Of a stretch of DNA of 64,000 bases, positions 33,176 through 41,983 are shown in pieces; the first letter of the stretch is position 1; the number at the start of each line of letters is the position of its first letter. Source of the DNA: an uncultured Planctomycetaceae bacterium (GTDB lineage Bacteria; Planctomycetota; Planctomycetia; Pirellulales; PALSA-1355); NCBI GenBank assembly GCA_963785305.1, contig CAWAUV010000008.1:736001-800000 (forward strand), read 5' to 3'. The position numbers and the translations under genes were made by a program. Below the pieces are notes generated by a model. The model was given only the letters and a program-made list of their open reading frames with translations. It had not been told where the DNA came from and did no database searches.

Positions 33176-34384
33176 TTAGTCGCACTGAACATGAATCCAC
33201 TCCGCGGCCCTACGGCACGCATCGACAAACGCCGCGTTTGACTGGAATTGAGTCAAAACTGTTCCAACGCGACGAAATACGGCATTTCGCCGCCCACGCT
33301 CAATCCGAAACCCGCGCGGTCTGATGTCGATGATCTCGGCGGGCAGGCTAAGACTGATTCCACTAAATATGCCGGGCGTGATTGCGAAAGCGTGAATGAT
33401 GGCGAAACTAGTTTGTACCGATGCCATTCGACTAGGATCAGCGGCCAATACCGAGTCAAGTGCAGCAGCATAAGGGTTGCCATTCAGGCTCGCTCGTCGA
33501 ACAAGCAAAGGAATGTTGTCGCCCCCGAGGCGAGCCGCAAAGTCCAAGGGGACAAGTTGTCCGTTTGGATGACGACGTACATCGAAGCAGGCAAACGAAA
33601 TGGTATCCGAGTGAAAAATAGCACTTATCCAAGAAGGTACGACCCGGCGCAGTTCCGCCAGCAAGTCCGTTGAGGCAATCAGGTGGTATCCGAGAGAGAT
33701 CGGCCTACCAGCCACGATTGCAGTCGCTTTCTGGCACACCCGAATCAGTTGGACCCCCGCGGGTCCCGTGATGCAGTCAATGCTCCACTCGTCACCACCC
33801 AACCAAGGCTCGACAACGACTTTAACATCGGTCGAATCCATAATATTACGCATTTCGACGAAATCGGCCGTCGCCCGCTCCTCAAAGAGCATTCGCCAGT
33901 ACGTTTGCAGTTGCGCTGGCGAGTCCGCAATCCATACTCCTCGGCCTGAATAGCCAGTGTCTCCACGGAGGACCGCCGGATATCCATATTTACCGGCGGC
34001 TTCGAGGGCCTGTTCAAGAGTCTCGACTTGACTCCGTTCTACCGAGGCCACCCCAGCTTGGGCCAATTTCAAGGAGAGCTTCAATTTCGAGCGACTGATA
34101 AAGGCCGCTTCTCGGTCACACCGAAGTTTTGATCGCGGTGACACTTTACGCGCTTCGGATACCCAGCTTTCCAACATCGGCAGAAAGAGGCCACTCTGCT
34201 GGGAAACATCTTCGGGCAGTCCGACTGCAAACCGCAAAGACGGCAAGCCCTTTTCTATCCGAGCAGCATGATGCTCGTGGTCAAGATATAGCGGCATAAA
34301 CCCGTGTCGTCGCGCGACATCGCCAAGTTCAAGCACTCCTGCTGGAAACGATGCCCCCGCGATAACCATCAGTTCCACGTTCAA
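33176..34384 (-). CDS. ATP-grasp ligase
   Basis: SKLKL..AGV, YGYPAVLR..GYSGRGV, VVEPWLGGDEWSID, LDFAARLGGD; TTGA overlap with the upstream gene. Confidence 0.85.
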   Translation of the reverse strand: MNVELMVIAGASFPAGVLELGDVARRHGFMPLYLDHEHHAARIEKGLPSLRFAVGLPEDVSQQSGLFLPMLESWVSEARKVSPRSKLRCDREAAFISRSKLKLSLKLAQAGVASVERSQVETLEQALEAAGKYGYPAVLRGDTGYSGRGVWIADSPAQLQTYWRMLFEERATADFVEMRNIMDSTDVKVVVEPWLGGDEWSIDCITGPAGVQLIRVCQKATAIVAGRPISLGYHLIASTDLLAELRRVVPSWISAIFHSDTISFACFDVRRHPNGQLVPLDFAARLGGDNIPLLVRRASLNGNPYAAALDSVLAADPSRMASVQTSFAIIHAFAITPGIFSGISLSLPAEIIDIRPRGFRIERGRRNAVFRRVGTVLTQFQSNAAFVDACRRAAEWIHVQCD

Positions 34385-35469
34385 CGTCCTTGCAAAGCAA
34401 TACCAACGACTCGGGCAAGCGACTCAGACTCGTACGGTTCGGCGACATGGAACGGTAATATGATCGCCCGCAAACCGTTTGCGTCAGTAGGACCGCAAAT
34501 GCTCTTCCAAAGGTCACGGTGAGTTTTCTTAAATCGCGAAAGACGGTTAAGAACGCTTGGCGTTGTGTAATCGCCTCTGACCAGCAGGGCTGTCGCGACT
34601 CGCTGCGCACACACTTCTCCCACGAATGAAAGCAATGGTTCACGCCAAGGACAATACTCGTAGAGGGTGCGAATCACGTCATCTGAATAAAACACACTGA
34701 GTCGTTGCTCAATGAACAGCCCCCCTACAGCAAGTTGGTCGCAAATCTCATCCACGAATTCTTGATGGGCCGGAGACACAACCAGAACAGGGGGAAACAT
34801 TCTTGTTGGTTCATGTCGCCAAAACTCCATCAACGTTTTTGGAAATCCTTCCGTCCCAATGCGGTGGTCATGAGGGCATATTTCCTGGCGAACAAAATCA
34901 AAGCCGGCGCAATTGGCGGCGTCACACAAACCCTGAATTGTATCTAATTGCGGAAGCTCTTCTTCCCACTCATGAGCGTCATGGTAGTGTTCTCGCCAAT
35001 AGCGAGGAAAACCTTCCATCGCTGTCTGGTCGCGGGCTATCCGGTCAAGAACATAAAGCCGACCCCCGTGCGGCAACAACTCGGCGACCCGACGAAGATG
35101 TTGGAGGGTGTCATCGCAGTGATGCAGAAAATACGACATAACAACCGTATCGGGCTGCCAACCGGCGGGCGGATTCCAAGTTAGGATGTCAGCCAGATCA
35201 ACAGTCCCACCTGCCTCCTGCGCCACAATGGACGCATGCCCAGCCAGTTCAGGCGAAAGCTCAACACCGATGACCGAGCGAAAGAATTGTTTATCGCCAG
35301 CCAAAGCCCGAACGAGAGTGCCGGTGCCGCAGCCAACATCCAAGACGCGGCAACCGACAGGAAATCTTCCCACATCTATCAGCCATTCGGTATCTGCGTG
35401 CAGGCCGTGCTTGTCAACGTGTTTAAGATATTGCCTTGCGTCATTGCCGATTATTGGTCGGTCGGGCAT
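34381..35469 (-). CDS. class I SAM methyltransferase fused to an NDK-like domain
   Basis: VLDVGCGTG, IGVELS, YFLHH..LPHGG; C-terminal VLVVSP..EI..L..GG..I..TLY..ALLVRG..FHVAE pattern. Confidence 0.78.
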   Translation of the reverse strand: MPDRPIIGNDARQYLKHVDKHGLHADTEWLIDVGRFPVGCRVLDVGCGTGTLVRALAGDKQFFRSVIGVELSPELAGHASIVAQEAGGTVDLADILTWNPPAGWQPDTVVMSYFLHHCDDTLQHLRRVAELLPHGGRLYVLDRIARDQTAMEGFPRYWREHYHDAHEWEEELPQLDTIQGLCDAANCAGFDFVRQEICPHDHRIGTEGFPKTLMEFWRHEPTRMFPPVLVVSPAHQEFVDEICDQLAVGGLFIEQRLSVFYSDDVIRTLYEYCPWREPLLSFVGEVCAQRVATALLVRGDYTTPSVLNRLSRFKKTHRDLWKSICGPTDANGLRAIILPFHVAEPYESESLARVVGIALQGR

Positions 35470-35505
35470 GAGGAACTCTCGAAGACGACAGTGATGAATC
35501 GACCC

Positions 35506-36783
35506 TCAGTTCATTCGACCGGCGAACGCCTCGTTTGCAAGACTCGTCCGTAAAGCAAGCTGGCAGTAGTAAGGACGATGGTTGTGACGACGGTAGATGT
35601 TCGCGAGTTCCGAGTAAAAGCCAATGACCGTCTCAAAATCTGGCGGTACGTGCTGAACAGGCGCACCGTGGTCCAGATGCAACACATTTGCACCCGGCGT
35701 AATTCCCTTAGACGCCAATTCGTCACAACCGGCCAGCAAGTCTACTGCCGGTTCAAGGCCAAGTACAAAATTGCACCAGGAACGTCCCCACCCGAAGACT
35801 TCGACCCCACAAGCCAGAGCTTCCAAATAGTGGTCACGTCCAATTCGATCCTTGCCGGGACAATGCCGCGAAAACGCAGCGGGAGAAAACGCCTCCAAGT
35901 TGAACACGCCGACTTCGATCCCACTCTCAAACATTTTCCTAAGAAGTTGAACGTCGTGCGGCGGGGCGGTCACAGCCACGACTCCTTCCGCAAAACGACC
36001 CGGGTTCCCCGCCGTGATCGCGGCAGCGACTTCGGCGTAGATGGTCGCCTGGGTATCGAGTTGGTGGTCAGCAAGATTTCCAGAGATGAGAATCAGGTGA
36101 ACCTCGTCTCGATAGCAGTCGTCATCAATTGCCAGCGCGACTGACTCCGTGATCTCGGCCAGAACGGATTCACGAACCTCTTCCCACTGCCGATCTGTGG
36201 TTGAATCTCGCCGAAATGCTAGGGCATGAACTAGATCGACATCTCGCCCGGCTTGCTTCTGAACTGCGTTAATTCCACAAAAGCTGCAAGGTTGCCCGAT
36301 GGCGCAGTCGTGCCAAGGCCAGACGTTCATTTCGTCGTAACCACATGCACTGACCCATCGGGAAACAGCACGTCCGCTGGCGGTCTGAAGGTCGTAGTAC
36401 GCTGGCTGAGGAACATACTCTGTGGCCGCAAGCCGACGCCCGAGATCGGGCCGAGATGGCGTATTAAGAATCAGCCGACCTTCGAGGAAATCGACGACTG
36501 CGGATTCCCGCCCATGCACCGGAGCGACCGCAGAAACGCATACGGTGTAGCCGTCGTCTCCGATGAGGAATAGCTCTTGTGGCGGCGCGAGCCGGTGATC
36601 GTTCCCGAGAAGGCTTAGGCTCGCGAAACTCTGTCGCGTATGTTCTACAGTATCGGCGGCTGGCACATTGTAGACCATATTTTGGCGCTTGGCCTTTACT
36701 TCATCAGCGTACTCTAGCGCACTAGTCGAGAACCGAACACCGTGGGTCAGAATGTATGCCTTTGCAAGAGATTCGGTCTGCAT
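35506..36783 (-). CDS. radical SAM enzyme, MSMEG_0568-like
   Basis: PAYYDLQTASG, CAIGQPCSFC (CX5CX2C), NLEAF..CPGK, VEVFG, FVLGLE; RBS GAGG before ATG 36783. Confidence 0.85.
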   Translation of the reverse strand: MQTESLAKAYILTHGVRFSTSALEYADEVKAKRQNMVYNVPAADTVEHTRQSFASLSLLGNDHRLAPPQELFLIGDDGYTVCVSAVAPVHGRESAVVDFLEGRLILNTPSRPDLGRRLAATEYVPQPAYYDLQTASGRAVSRWVSACGYDEMNVWPWHDCAIGQPCSFCGINAVQKQAGRDVDLVHALAFRRDSTTDRQWEEVRESVLAEITESVALAIDDDCYRDEVHLILISGNLADHQLDTQATIYAEVAAAITAGNPGRFAEGVVAVTAPPHDVQLLRKMFESGIEVGVFNLEAFSPAAFSRHCPGKDRIGRDHYLEALACGVEVFGWGRSWCNFVLGLEPAVDLLAGCDELASKGITPGANVLHLDHGAPVQHVPPDFETVIGFYSELANIYRRHNHRPYYCQLALRTSLANEAFAGRMN

Positions 36784-36785
36784 CG

Positions 36786-37787
36786 TTACCTCTTTACCAA
36801 ATATGAATGGCTCGCCGGAATCCACCACAGCAGCGTGGCGAGAGTGTGCAGAACGGGAAAAATGGCGACAAAAGTAGCTGCGGTCCAGATGGAGTGGCCC
36901 GAAGACCGAGACAGTACAAACACCAGGGCAAGAACAATCACTCCTGCACTCGCCGGACTGAAAAGCCCGAGTAATATAATTCCTGAGAGAAATAGCATTG
37001 GAATACCATGATAGGCAATAAAATGAATTGCCAGCAAAAGAACTGCCGGAGGACAAGTCCACAGATGAGCGAAGAGACCAGCCAATCCCTTCATCCAGCG
37101 AAGTCGTTGGCTGAGCAAACTTCCCCACGTTGACCGTGGCTCTTCCTCCCCAACGACGACAGGCTCTCTTAGGACTTCGGCATTGTTCTTTCGAGCAATC
37201 CAGCCGAGGTAAAGGTCATCTAGGTACGAATCGACGCGGGCGTCAAGGCCGCGAAGTATGCCTGCCGACACAATAAGAAACTGTCCCGGAAGCGTAATAC
37301 CTAAGCCACTTTTCCAAAGAAGTGGTCGAATAATTCGATGGGACAGCCATTTATCGACGCAGATTAACTGCGAGAGCATCGTTCCATTGTCGCGCCCCAC
37401 TACTAAGCCGAAAGCAACTACATCATCGCCGCGTCGCACCACGACCGCTGCTCGGCCGAACACCTTACGACAGGCGTCGGGATTTACGCTTAAATCTGGA
37501 TCACAGATACAAACGAGGTCTGTATCGACCAGACCAACGAGACGCCGTATTTTCGACAGTTTCGTACCTGGAGGCACAAATACGACATCCACGCCAGAAT
37601 AGCTCTCGGTAGAATCTGTAAGGATTACTGACCGTACCGTTGCAACAGATGAAAGCGCACTAGAGAGGCATTCAACGGCGCCAATTGACGTGGCAGTTGA
37701 GCAGCAAGCGATACAGACCTTTATCTTTCTGTCCGAAGCGATCTTTTCAGTCTGGAAAGGCGCAGTCTTCCGGGGCGAGGACGACAT
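36786..37787 (-). CDS. membrane GT2 glycosyltransferase
   Basis: CDPD (DxD), LDDLYLG, QRLRW (QxxRW), C-terminal TM helices. Confidence 0.88.
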   Translation of the reverse strand: MSSSPRKTAPFQTEKIASDRKIKVCIACCSTATSIGAVECLSSALSSVATVRSVILTDSTESYSGVDVVFVPPGTKLSKIRRLVGLVDTDLVCICDPDLSVNPDACRKVFGRAAVVVRRGDDVVAFGLVVGRDNGTMLSQLICVDKWLSHRIIRPLLWKSGLGITLPGQFLIVSAGILRGLDARVDSYLDDLYLGWIARKNNAEVLREPVVVGEEEPRSTWGSLLSQRLRWMKGLAGLFAHLWTCPPAVLLLAIHFIAYHGIPMLFLSGIILLGLFSPASAGVIVLALVFVLSRSSGHSIWTAATFVAIFPVLHTLATLLWWIPASHSYLVKR

Positions 37788-37917
37788 TCGGAAGTGCTAC
37801 CACCGTGCGATTCCTCCCCCGCGCGATCTCCTGCTGTGTGTTCACGGCGGAAATGGGCCGGGCATTTGTCAGGAATTTCAAAGCCGAAGACAACCATTGG
37901 ATGGGCAGGTCGCCGAA

Positions 37918-38424
37918 TCAGACGGCGTGCCTATTTCTCCTGGCTGCAATCTCCGGCCAGAGTTCCTCGGGGGACACGTCTAAGGCACGCGCGAGCTTTT
38001 CGACGGTTATTCGCTGCGGGCGGCAAGTGCGGTTCAACATCATGGAAATGGCGGATTGGTTGACGCCAATCTTTGTAGCCAATTCGGTTTGCGTTATTCG
38101 CCTTGCCGCCATTTGGGTTCGCAACCGAGTAGCAAAGGTGATCTCTTCGTGATCCAATTCCGCTCGTATCGAAGCGATTTGGGGGATCGTCTTTGGCGTG
38201 CCAGAAAAGGGCAATACAGAAGAAGAGAGGGCGTCCATGATAACGTCCAAGGCTCGTTCGCGTTCGTCGAGATCGGCGTCAGAATCGATCACGATCTCAA
38301 CCATCCGATTCACCATAGCCTTGTGCGTTTTCGATAGCGCGAGGTAAGTTCCTAACAGCCGGGCGAAGGTGAGGCAGCCCACCCGCTTTTCAAGTTCATC
38401 GCCAACGACGTTAAGCATGGACAC
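37918..38424 (-). CDS. XRE/HigA-like HTH regulator or antitoxin
   Basis: ITQTELATKIGVNQSAISMMLNR..KLARALDV. Confidence 0.88.
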   Translation of the reverse strand: MSMLNVVGDELEKRVGCLTFARLLGTYLALSKTHKAMVNRMVEIVIDSDADLDERERALDVIMDALSSSVLPFSGTPKTIPQIASIRAELDHEEITFATRLRTQMAARRITQTELATKIGVNQSAISMMLNRTCRPQRITVEKLARALDVSPEELWPEIAARRNRHAV

Positions 38425-38463
38425 CCTTCTCTCCTGCGGGACGTATCCCGATTAAATCTCCGA

Positions 38464-38916
38464 CTAGGAAACCACTTTCCTTAGCCGACTTTTCAAAATC
38501 CGATTTCGCTCTAGTACGTTTCTGCGGCCAGCACGAAACGTTTCTAAGTCATTTCGCGTAAAGTTCTGCCGCTTTTTCGGCATCATGGTCAGCACATAGA
38601 CGACCATGTCGTTCGTTGCGAGACACCTTTCAGTAGTAAAGATCACTCGAATGTTCGAGTGCCCGCCGATCTTGTCCGCGATCCGCTGCTCGAAAATATT
38701 GTCCCTTCGACACGCGCGAATCACTGAACAATTTACATCCACAACGATGTCGTCTCGATTGCTCCAAGTTCGATTGGGCCAGTAAGCCAGTTTCTCGATC
38801 TGGCGTCGTAGTTCCTCTTGATCCTTCAGTCGGGGCCACCACTTTCGGATTGCCCTCTCCGCAGCAGGCTGCATCACCACAGTTCGCTTGCCCGGCGTCT
38901 GATGGGTCTTCAACAA
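38464..38916 (-). CDS. RelE/HigB-like toxin
   Basis: Basic protein with FEQRI..NIRVIF..VYVLTMMPKKRQ pattern, directly upstream of the HTH gene. Confidence 0.6.
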   Translation of the reverse strand: MLKTHQTPGKRTVVMQPAAERAIRKWWPRLKDQEELRRQIEKLAYWPNRTWSNRDDIVVDVNCSVIRACRRDNIFEQRIADKIGGHSNIRVIFTTERCLATNDMVVYVLTMMPKKRQNFTRNDLETFRAGRRNVLERNRILKSRLRKVVS

Positions 38917-39006
38917 GTCCTCCTGTTTCAGCAGGTTTATCGACGTTGCCGCACCCGCTTTGTGTTGGCTTCTCCTTTCTTGCCGGGGGTGACTCGACTG
39001 CCACTC

Positions 39007-39049
39007 AGCATATCACACAATCACACTTCGTCAAGCCAGCAATATCACA
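39007..39049 (-). promoter_or_regulatory. promoter with repeated ATCACA operator-like sites
   Basis: TTGACG-N16-TATGCT on the minus strand; ATCACA at 39012, 39020 and 39044. Confidence 0.55.
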
Positions 39050-39217
39050 GAGCGATGGCCGTAAACCCCGGTGATAGCGACAGATTTGCCGCGAATCTCA
39101 AGAAATCGCGGCCGTCAGCTTGATCTTGCGCCTGAGGTCGCCCCAGTGCCGCACGCGAATGAGGGGGCAGGCGCGTTCAATGGCCGGGACCGCATCGCTT
39201 CCTCGACGGCGCCGCCG

Positions 39218-39550
39218 TCACCCGGCCCCGCGGTCCAAGAACTTCATCACTTGATCCAGCCGCCTGTCGTCCAGCGCGGCCATCTTCCTAAACAGGTCCG
39301 GGCGCTGAAGGACTCGTTTTCGGATCGCGGCGGGAATTTTCTCGGCCAGCAGCAGCAACTCGTCGGCGTCGGCATCCAGAGCTTCGGCCAGCTTTACGAT
39401 CAGATCGTCGCTGGGAAATTCGCCGAACGAGAGCTTCTGGTTCTCGATTTTACTGAGGTAGGTGAACGTCACCCGGACCCGCTTCGCCAAGTCACGGAGG
39501 GTCAGGTTTTGGGCCTGCCGAAGTTCTCGAATCTGGCTGCCAAAGTTCAT
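39218..39550 (-). CDS. XRE-family HTH regulator
   Basis: FGSQIRELRQAQNLTLRDLAKRV..YLSKIEN..KLAEALD. Confidence 0.92.
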   Translation of the reverse strand: MNFGSQIRELRQAQNLTLRDLAKRVRVTFTYLSKIENQKLSFGEFPSDDLIVKLAEALDADADELLLLAEKIPAAIRKRVLQRPDLFRKMAALDDRRLDQVMKFLDRGAG

Positions 39551-39579
39551 CGTGCCGTCCTGCTTGCTAGCGTCTGAAG

Positions 39580-39667
39580 CAGAAGTCTAAGGGGTCAGGA
39601 CTCATTGATTTCGGTCAGAATTCTAAGGGGTCACAGAATTCTAAGGGGTCAGGACTCATTGATTTCG
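39580..39667 (+). repeat. short direct repeats CAGAA(G/T)TCTAAGGGGTCA x3, two extended by GGACTCATTGATTTCG
   Basis: Copies start at 39580, 39616 and 39634. Confidence 0.9.
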
Positions 39668-39817
39668 TTGGGGCTGTTGGTAGACCGGCGGGCATGCCTC
39701 GACCGCCAGCCGCCGACGAAGCGGGCCAATTATAACATGTGCTTAACCGGGCCAATGTCCGGCGGCGCATTTTCCGCACACTGTTTGGCAGAGGGCCATC
39801 GATTAGCGAATGGGTGG

Positions 39818-39926
39818 CATGCCCACGCTTGCGTTGGCATGTTAGGCGACGCGCGGCGGAATTGTGATTTACCGCGCGCGGCAGAAGTCGAGTCGTTGGC
39901 GGCATGCCCACGCAAGCGTGGGCATG
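39818..39926. repeat. pair of REP-like palindromes (CATGCCCACG family)
   Basis: 39818-39841 and 39903-39926, with complementary loops CTTG/CAAG. Confidence 0.85.
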
Positions 39927-39961
39927 GGCGCGCGGCACACGGCAAAGCGCGATCAAGCGCC

Positions 39962-40984
39962 TTACGGCTTGAGCACCGCTTTCACGATTTGGCCGGAGTG
40001 CATCTGCTCGAAGGCTTCGTGCCAATCGGCCAGCGGCCACACGCCGCCGATGATCTTCGACACATCGAGAGCCCCGGTCGAGAGCAGCCGCAGCACGCGC
40101 TCCCAGATCGGCCAGTTGTGGCTGAAGCTGCCGGCCAAGGTCACGTTTTTCTGCACCAGCGGGTCGAGCGAAAATCCGAGCGGCGCCCGGCCCCAGCCTA
40201 CTTTGCTGATCCAGCCATTGGGCCGCACGATATCCATCGCCGTTTTGAGCGCGGCCGAAATACCCACCGCGTCGACCACGCCATCGACTCCCAGTCCATC
40301 GACCGCGCGGGCCCAGTCGTCGAGCCCGTCGACAATCGGTTCGCAGCCGAAAGCCGTCGCCACTTGGAGCCGACCGCGATCGCGTTCCAGGCCCACGACC
40401 GCCACCTCGGCCCCTTGCAGCCGGGCCATCGCCGCGCACAAGAGGCCGATCGGTCCCGGCCCTAGCACCACGATCCGATCGCCGGGCCGCACATGTCCGT
40501 GCATCACAACAGCGTTGTAGGCCACGCAACAGGGCTCGGTGAGCCCGGCCTTTTCGAACGCGAGCGAATCGGGCACGCGATGCAAACACCGAGCCGGCAC
40601 TCGCACATAGCGCGTCATCGCGCCATCGACTCCGTAGCCAAAGCCCTTGCGCGTGGGGTCGAGATTGTAAAGTCCTTGACGCGAGAACGGGCTATCGGGA
40701 TCGATCACGGCGGCGGTTTCGCTTACGGCCCGGTCGCCGGCTTTCCAGCGCGTGACACGATCCCCCACATCGGCCACGACTCCGGCGAATTCGTGGCCCA
40801 GCACCACCGGATAATTCACCGGCCAGCTATGTTCGGCGGTCCACTGATGCAAGTCGCTGCCGCAAACACCCACGGCGGCCACTTCCAAGAGCACATCCTC
40901 GGGCCCGATCGTAGGCCGCGGAATATCGCGCAGCTCGACAGCATGTTTCTTGTTTTCGTAGTTGACGACGGCGGCTTGACTCAT
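39962..40984 (-). CDS. Zn-dependent alcohol/sugar dehydrogenase (MDR family)
   Basis: GVCGSDLH, LGHEFAG, GPGPIG. Confidence 0.92.
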   Translation of the reverse strand: MSQAAVVNYENKKHAVELRDIPRPTIGPEDVLLEVAAVGVCGSDLHQWTAEHSWPVNYPVVLGHEFAGVVADVGDRVTRWKAGDRAVSETAAVIDPDSPFSRQGLYNLDPTRKGFGYGVDGAMTRYVRVPARCLHRVPDSLAFEKAGLTEPCCVAYNAVVMHGHVRPGDRIVVLGPGPIGLLCAAMARLQGAEVAVVGLERDRGRLQVATAFGCEPIVDGLDDWARAVDGLGVDGVVDAVGISAALKTAMDIVRPNGWISKVGWGRAPLGFSLDPLVQKNVTLAGSFSHNWPIWERVLRLLSTGALDVSKIIGGVWPLADWHEAFEQMHSGQIVKAVLKP

Positions 40985-41034
40985 GGGAACGGCGATCCTG
41001 AACGAAAAAGGGAGGAGTTAGGAATCATTTGCTG

Positions 41035-41934
41035 CTATGGCACAAGTAATTGCCTTTTGTGCTGCTCAGCCTCGTAAGCTTCACGGATTTCCTTTGCGGA
41101 TTCCGATCCGAATCCCCTGGTCGCGTCGATGTAGGGCCAGACACGACCGGCGAGCGCCTTCTTCGATTCGCGTAATTGAGAAATGTTCGCCGTAACCAGT
41201 TTCACAAACCGATCGGCGCGGTCCCGCGGCACGAGCTCGGGATTGAATTTCGGCGTTTGCGCCAGCGCGAGTTCGGCGGCTTCGATCTGGAGCTCGTAGA
41301 GCGGCTTCCCGCGCCGAGGCGCCCACCATTCGGCGAGCTTCGCGGGCGTGTCAAATAATTGCAGCGGCGGCACGGGATACCCATTCCATGGCAAGCGCGG
41401 CGACGGGGAAAAATAGGACCTGCGCAGTTCAGCTTGAGCGATTATATGACAGATGTCGCCCACCGTCATTATATGTAATTGTTCGTCCAGACGCCGAGTG
41501 AGCGCGTAACGCTTGTCGAGACAGTTACTGGCCAGCACGGGCCAAAAATCCACGCTATATGCCTCGAGCAGGCGATTGAGAGCGTCAGTAACGCGTTTGT
41601 CTTCCTTCCAATCGTATTTCTCCGAAAAAAGTGGGAACCATGTATTTGGTCTTTTTTTGATGTAAGCTTTTATCGCAATCGGGGCAGGGTTCTGGTTTGC
41701 GAGCGCGTCGATAATCTCTTGCGCCGTCGCATCGGAAGAACGCGCGGGGGCGGGCGACTGGGAACCGCCCTCGGATCCGGAAGCGACGGCCGACTTTGTA
41801 CTCTCATTGCCATTCGGTTTGGAATCGTCTTCGCCGAACGCGGCGACGGCGGCGGCCATCATTAGGACGGCCGGCCCGATTCTCATGCAGTCATACGAAA
41901 AACGCGAGACGCCAAGCGTCTGCCAATCAACCAT
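41035..41934 (-). CDS. putative exported immunity protein
   Basis: Hydrophobic signal-like segment, low-complexity linker, position directly downstream of the Hint toxin-like gene. Confidence 0.6.
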   Translation of the reverse strand: MVDWQTLGVSRFSYDCMRIGPAVLMMAAAVAAFGEDDSKPNGNESTKSAVASGSEGGSQSPAPARSSDATAQEIIDALANQNPAPIAIKAYIKKRPNTWFPLFSEKYDWKEDKRVTDALNRLLEAYSVDFWPVLASNCLDKRYALTRRLDEQLHIMTVGDICHIIAQAELRRSYFSPSPRLPWNGYPVPPLQLFDTPAKLAEWWAPRRGKPLYELQIEAAELALAQTPKFNPELVPRDRADRFVKLVTANISQLRESKKALAGRVWPYIDATRGFGSESAKEIREAYEAEQHKRQLLVP

Positions 41935-41983
41935 GTTCGCCTCGGTGTATTCAAAATTTGTCGAGGAATGATTTTTCAAACCG

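Noticed and set aside
39580..39667. Mini-CRISPR
   Set aside because: The intervening sequence is itself a partial repeat copy, not a spacer
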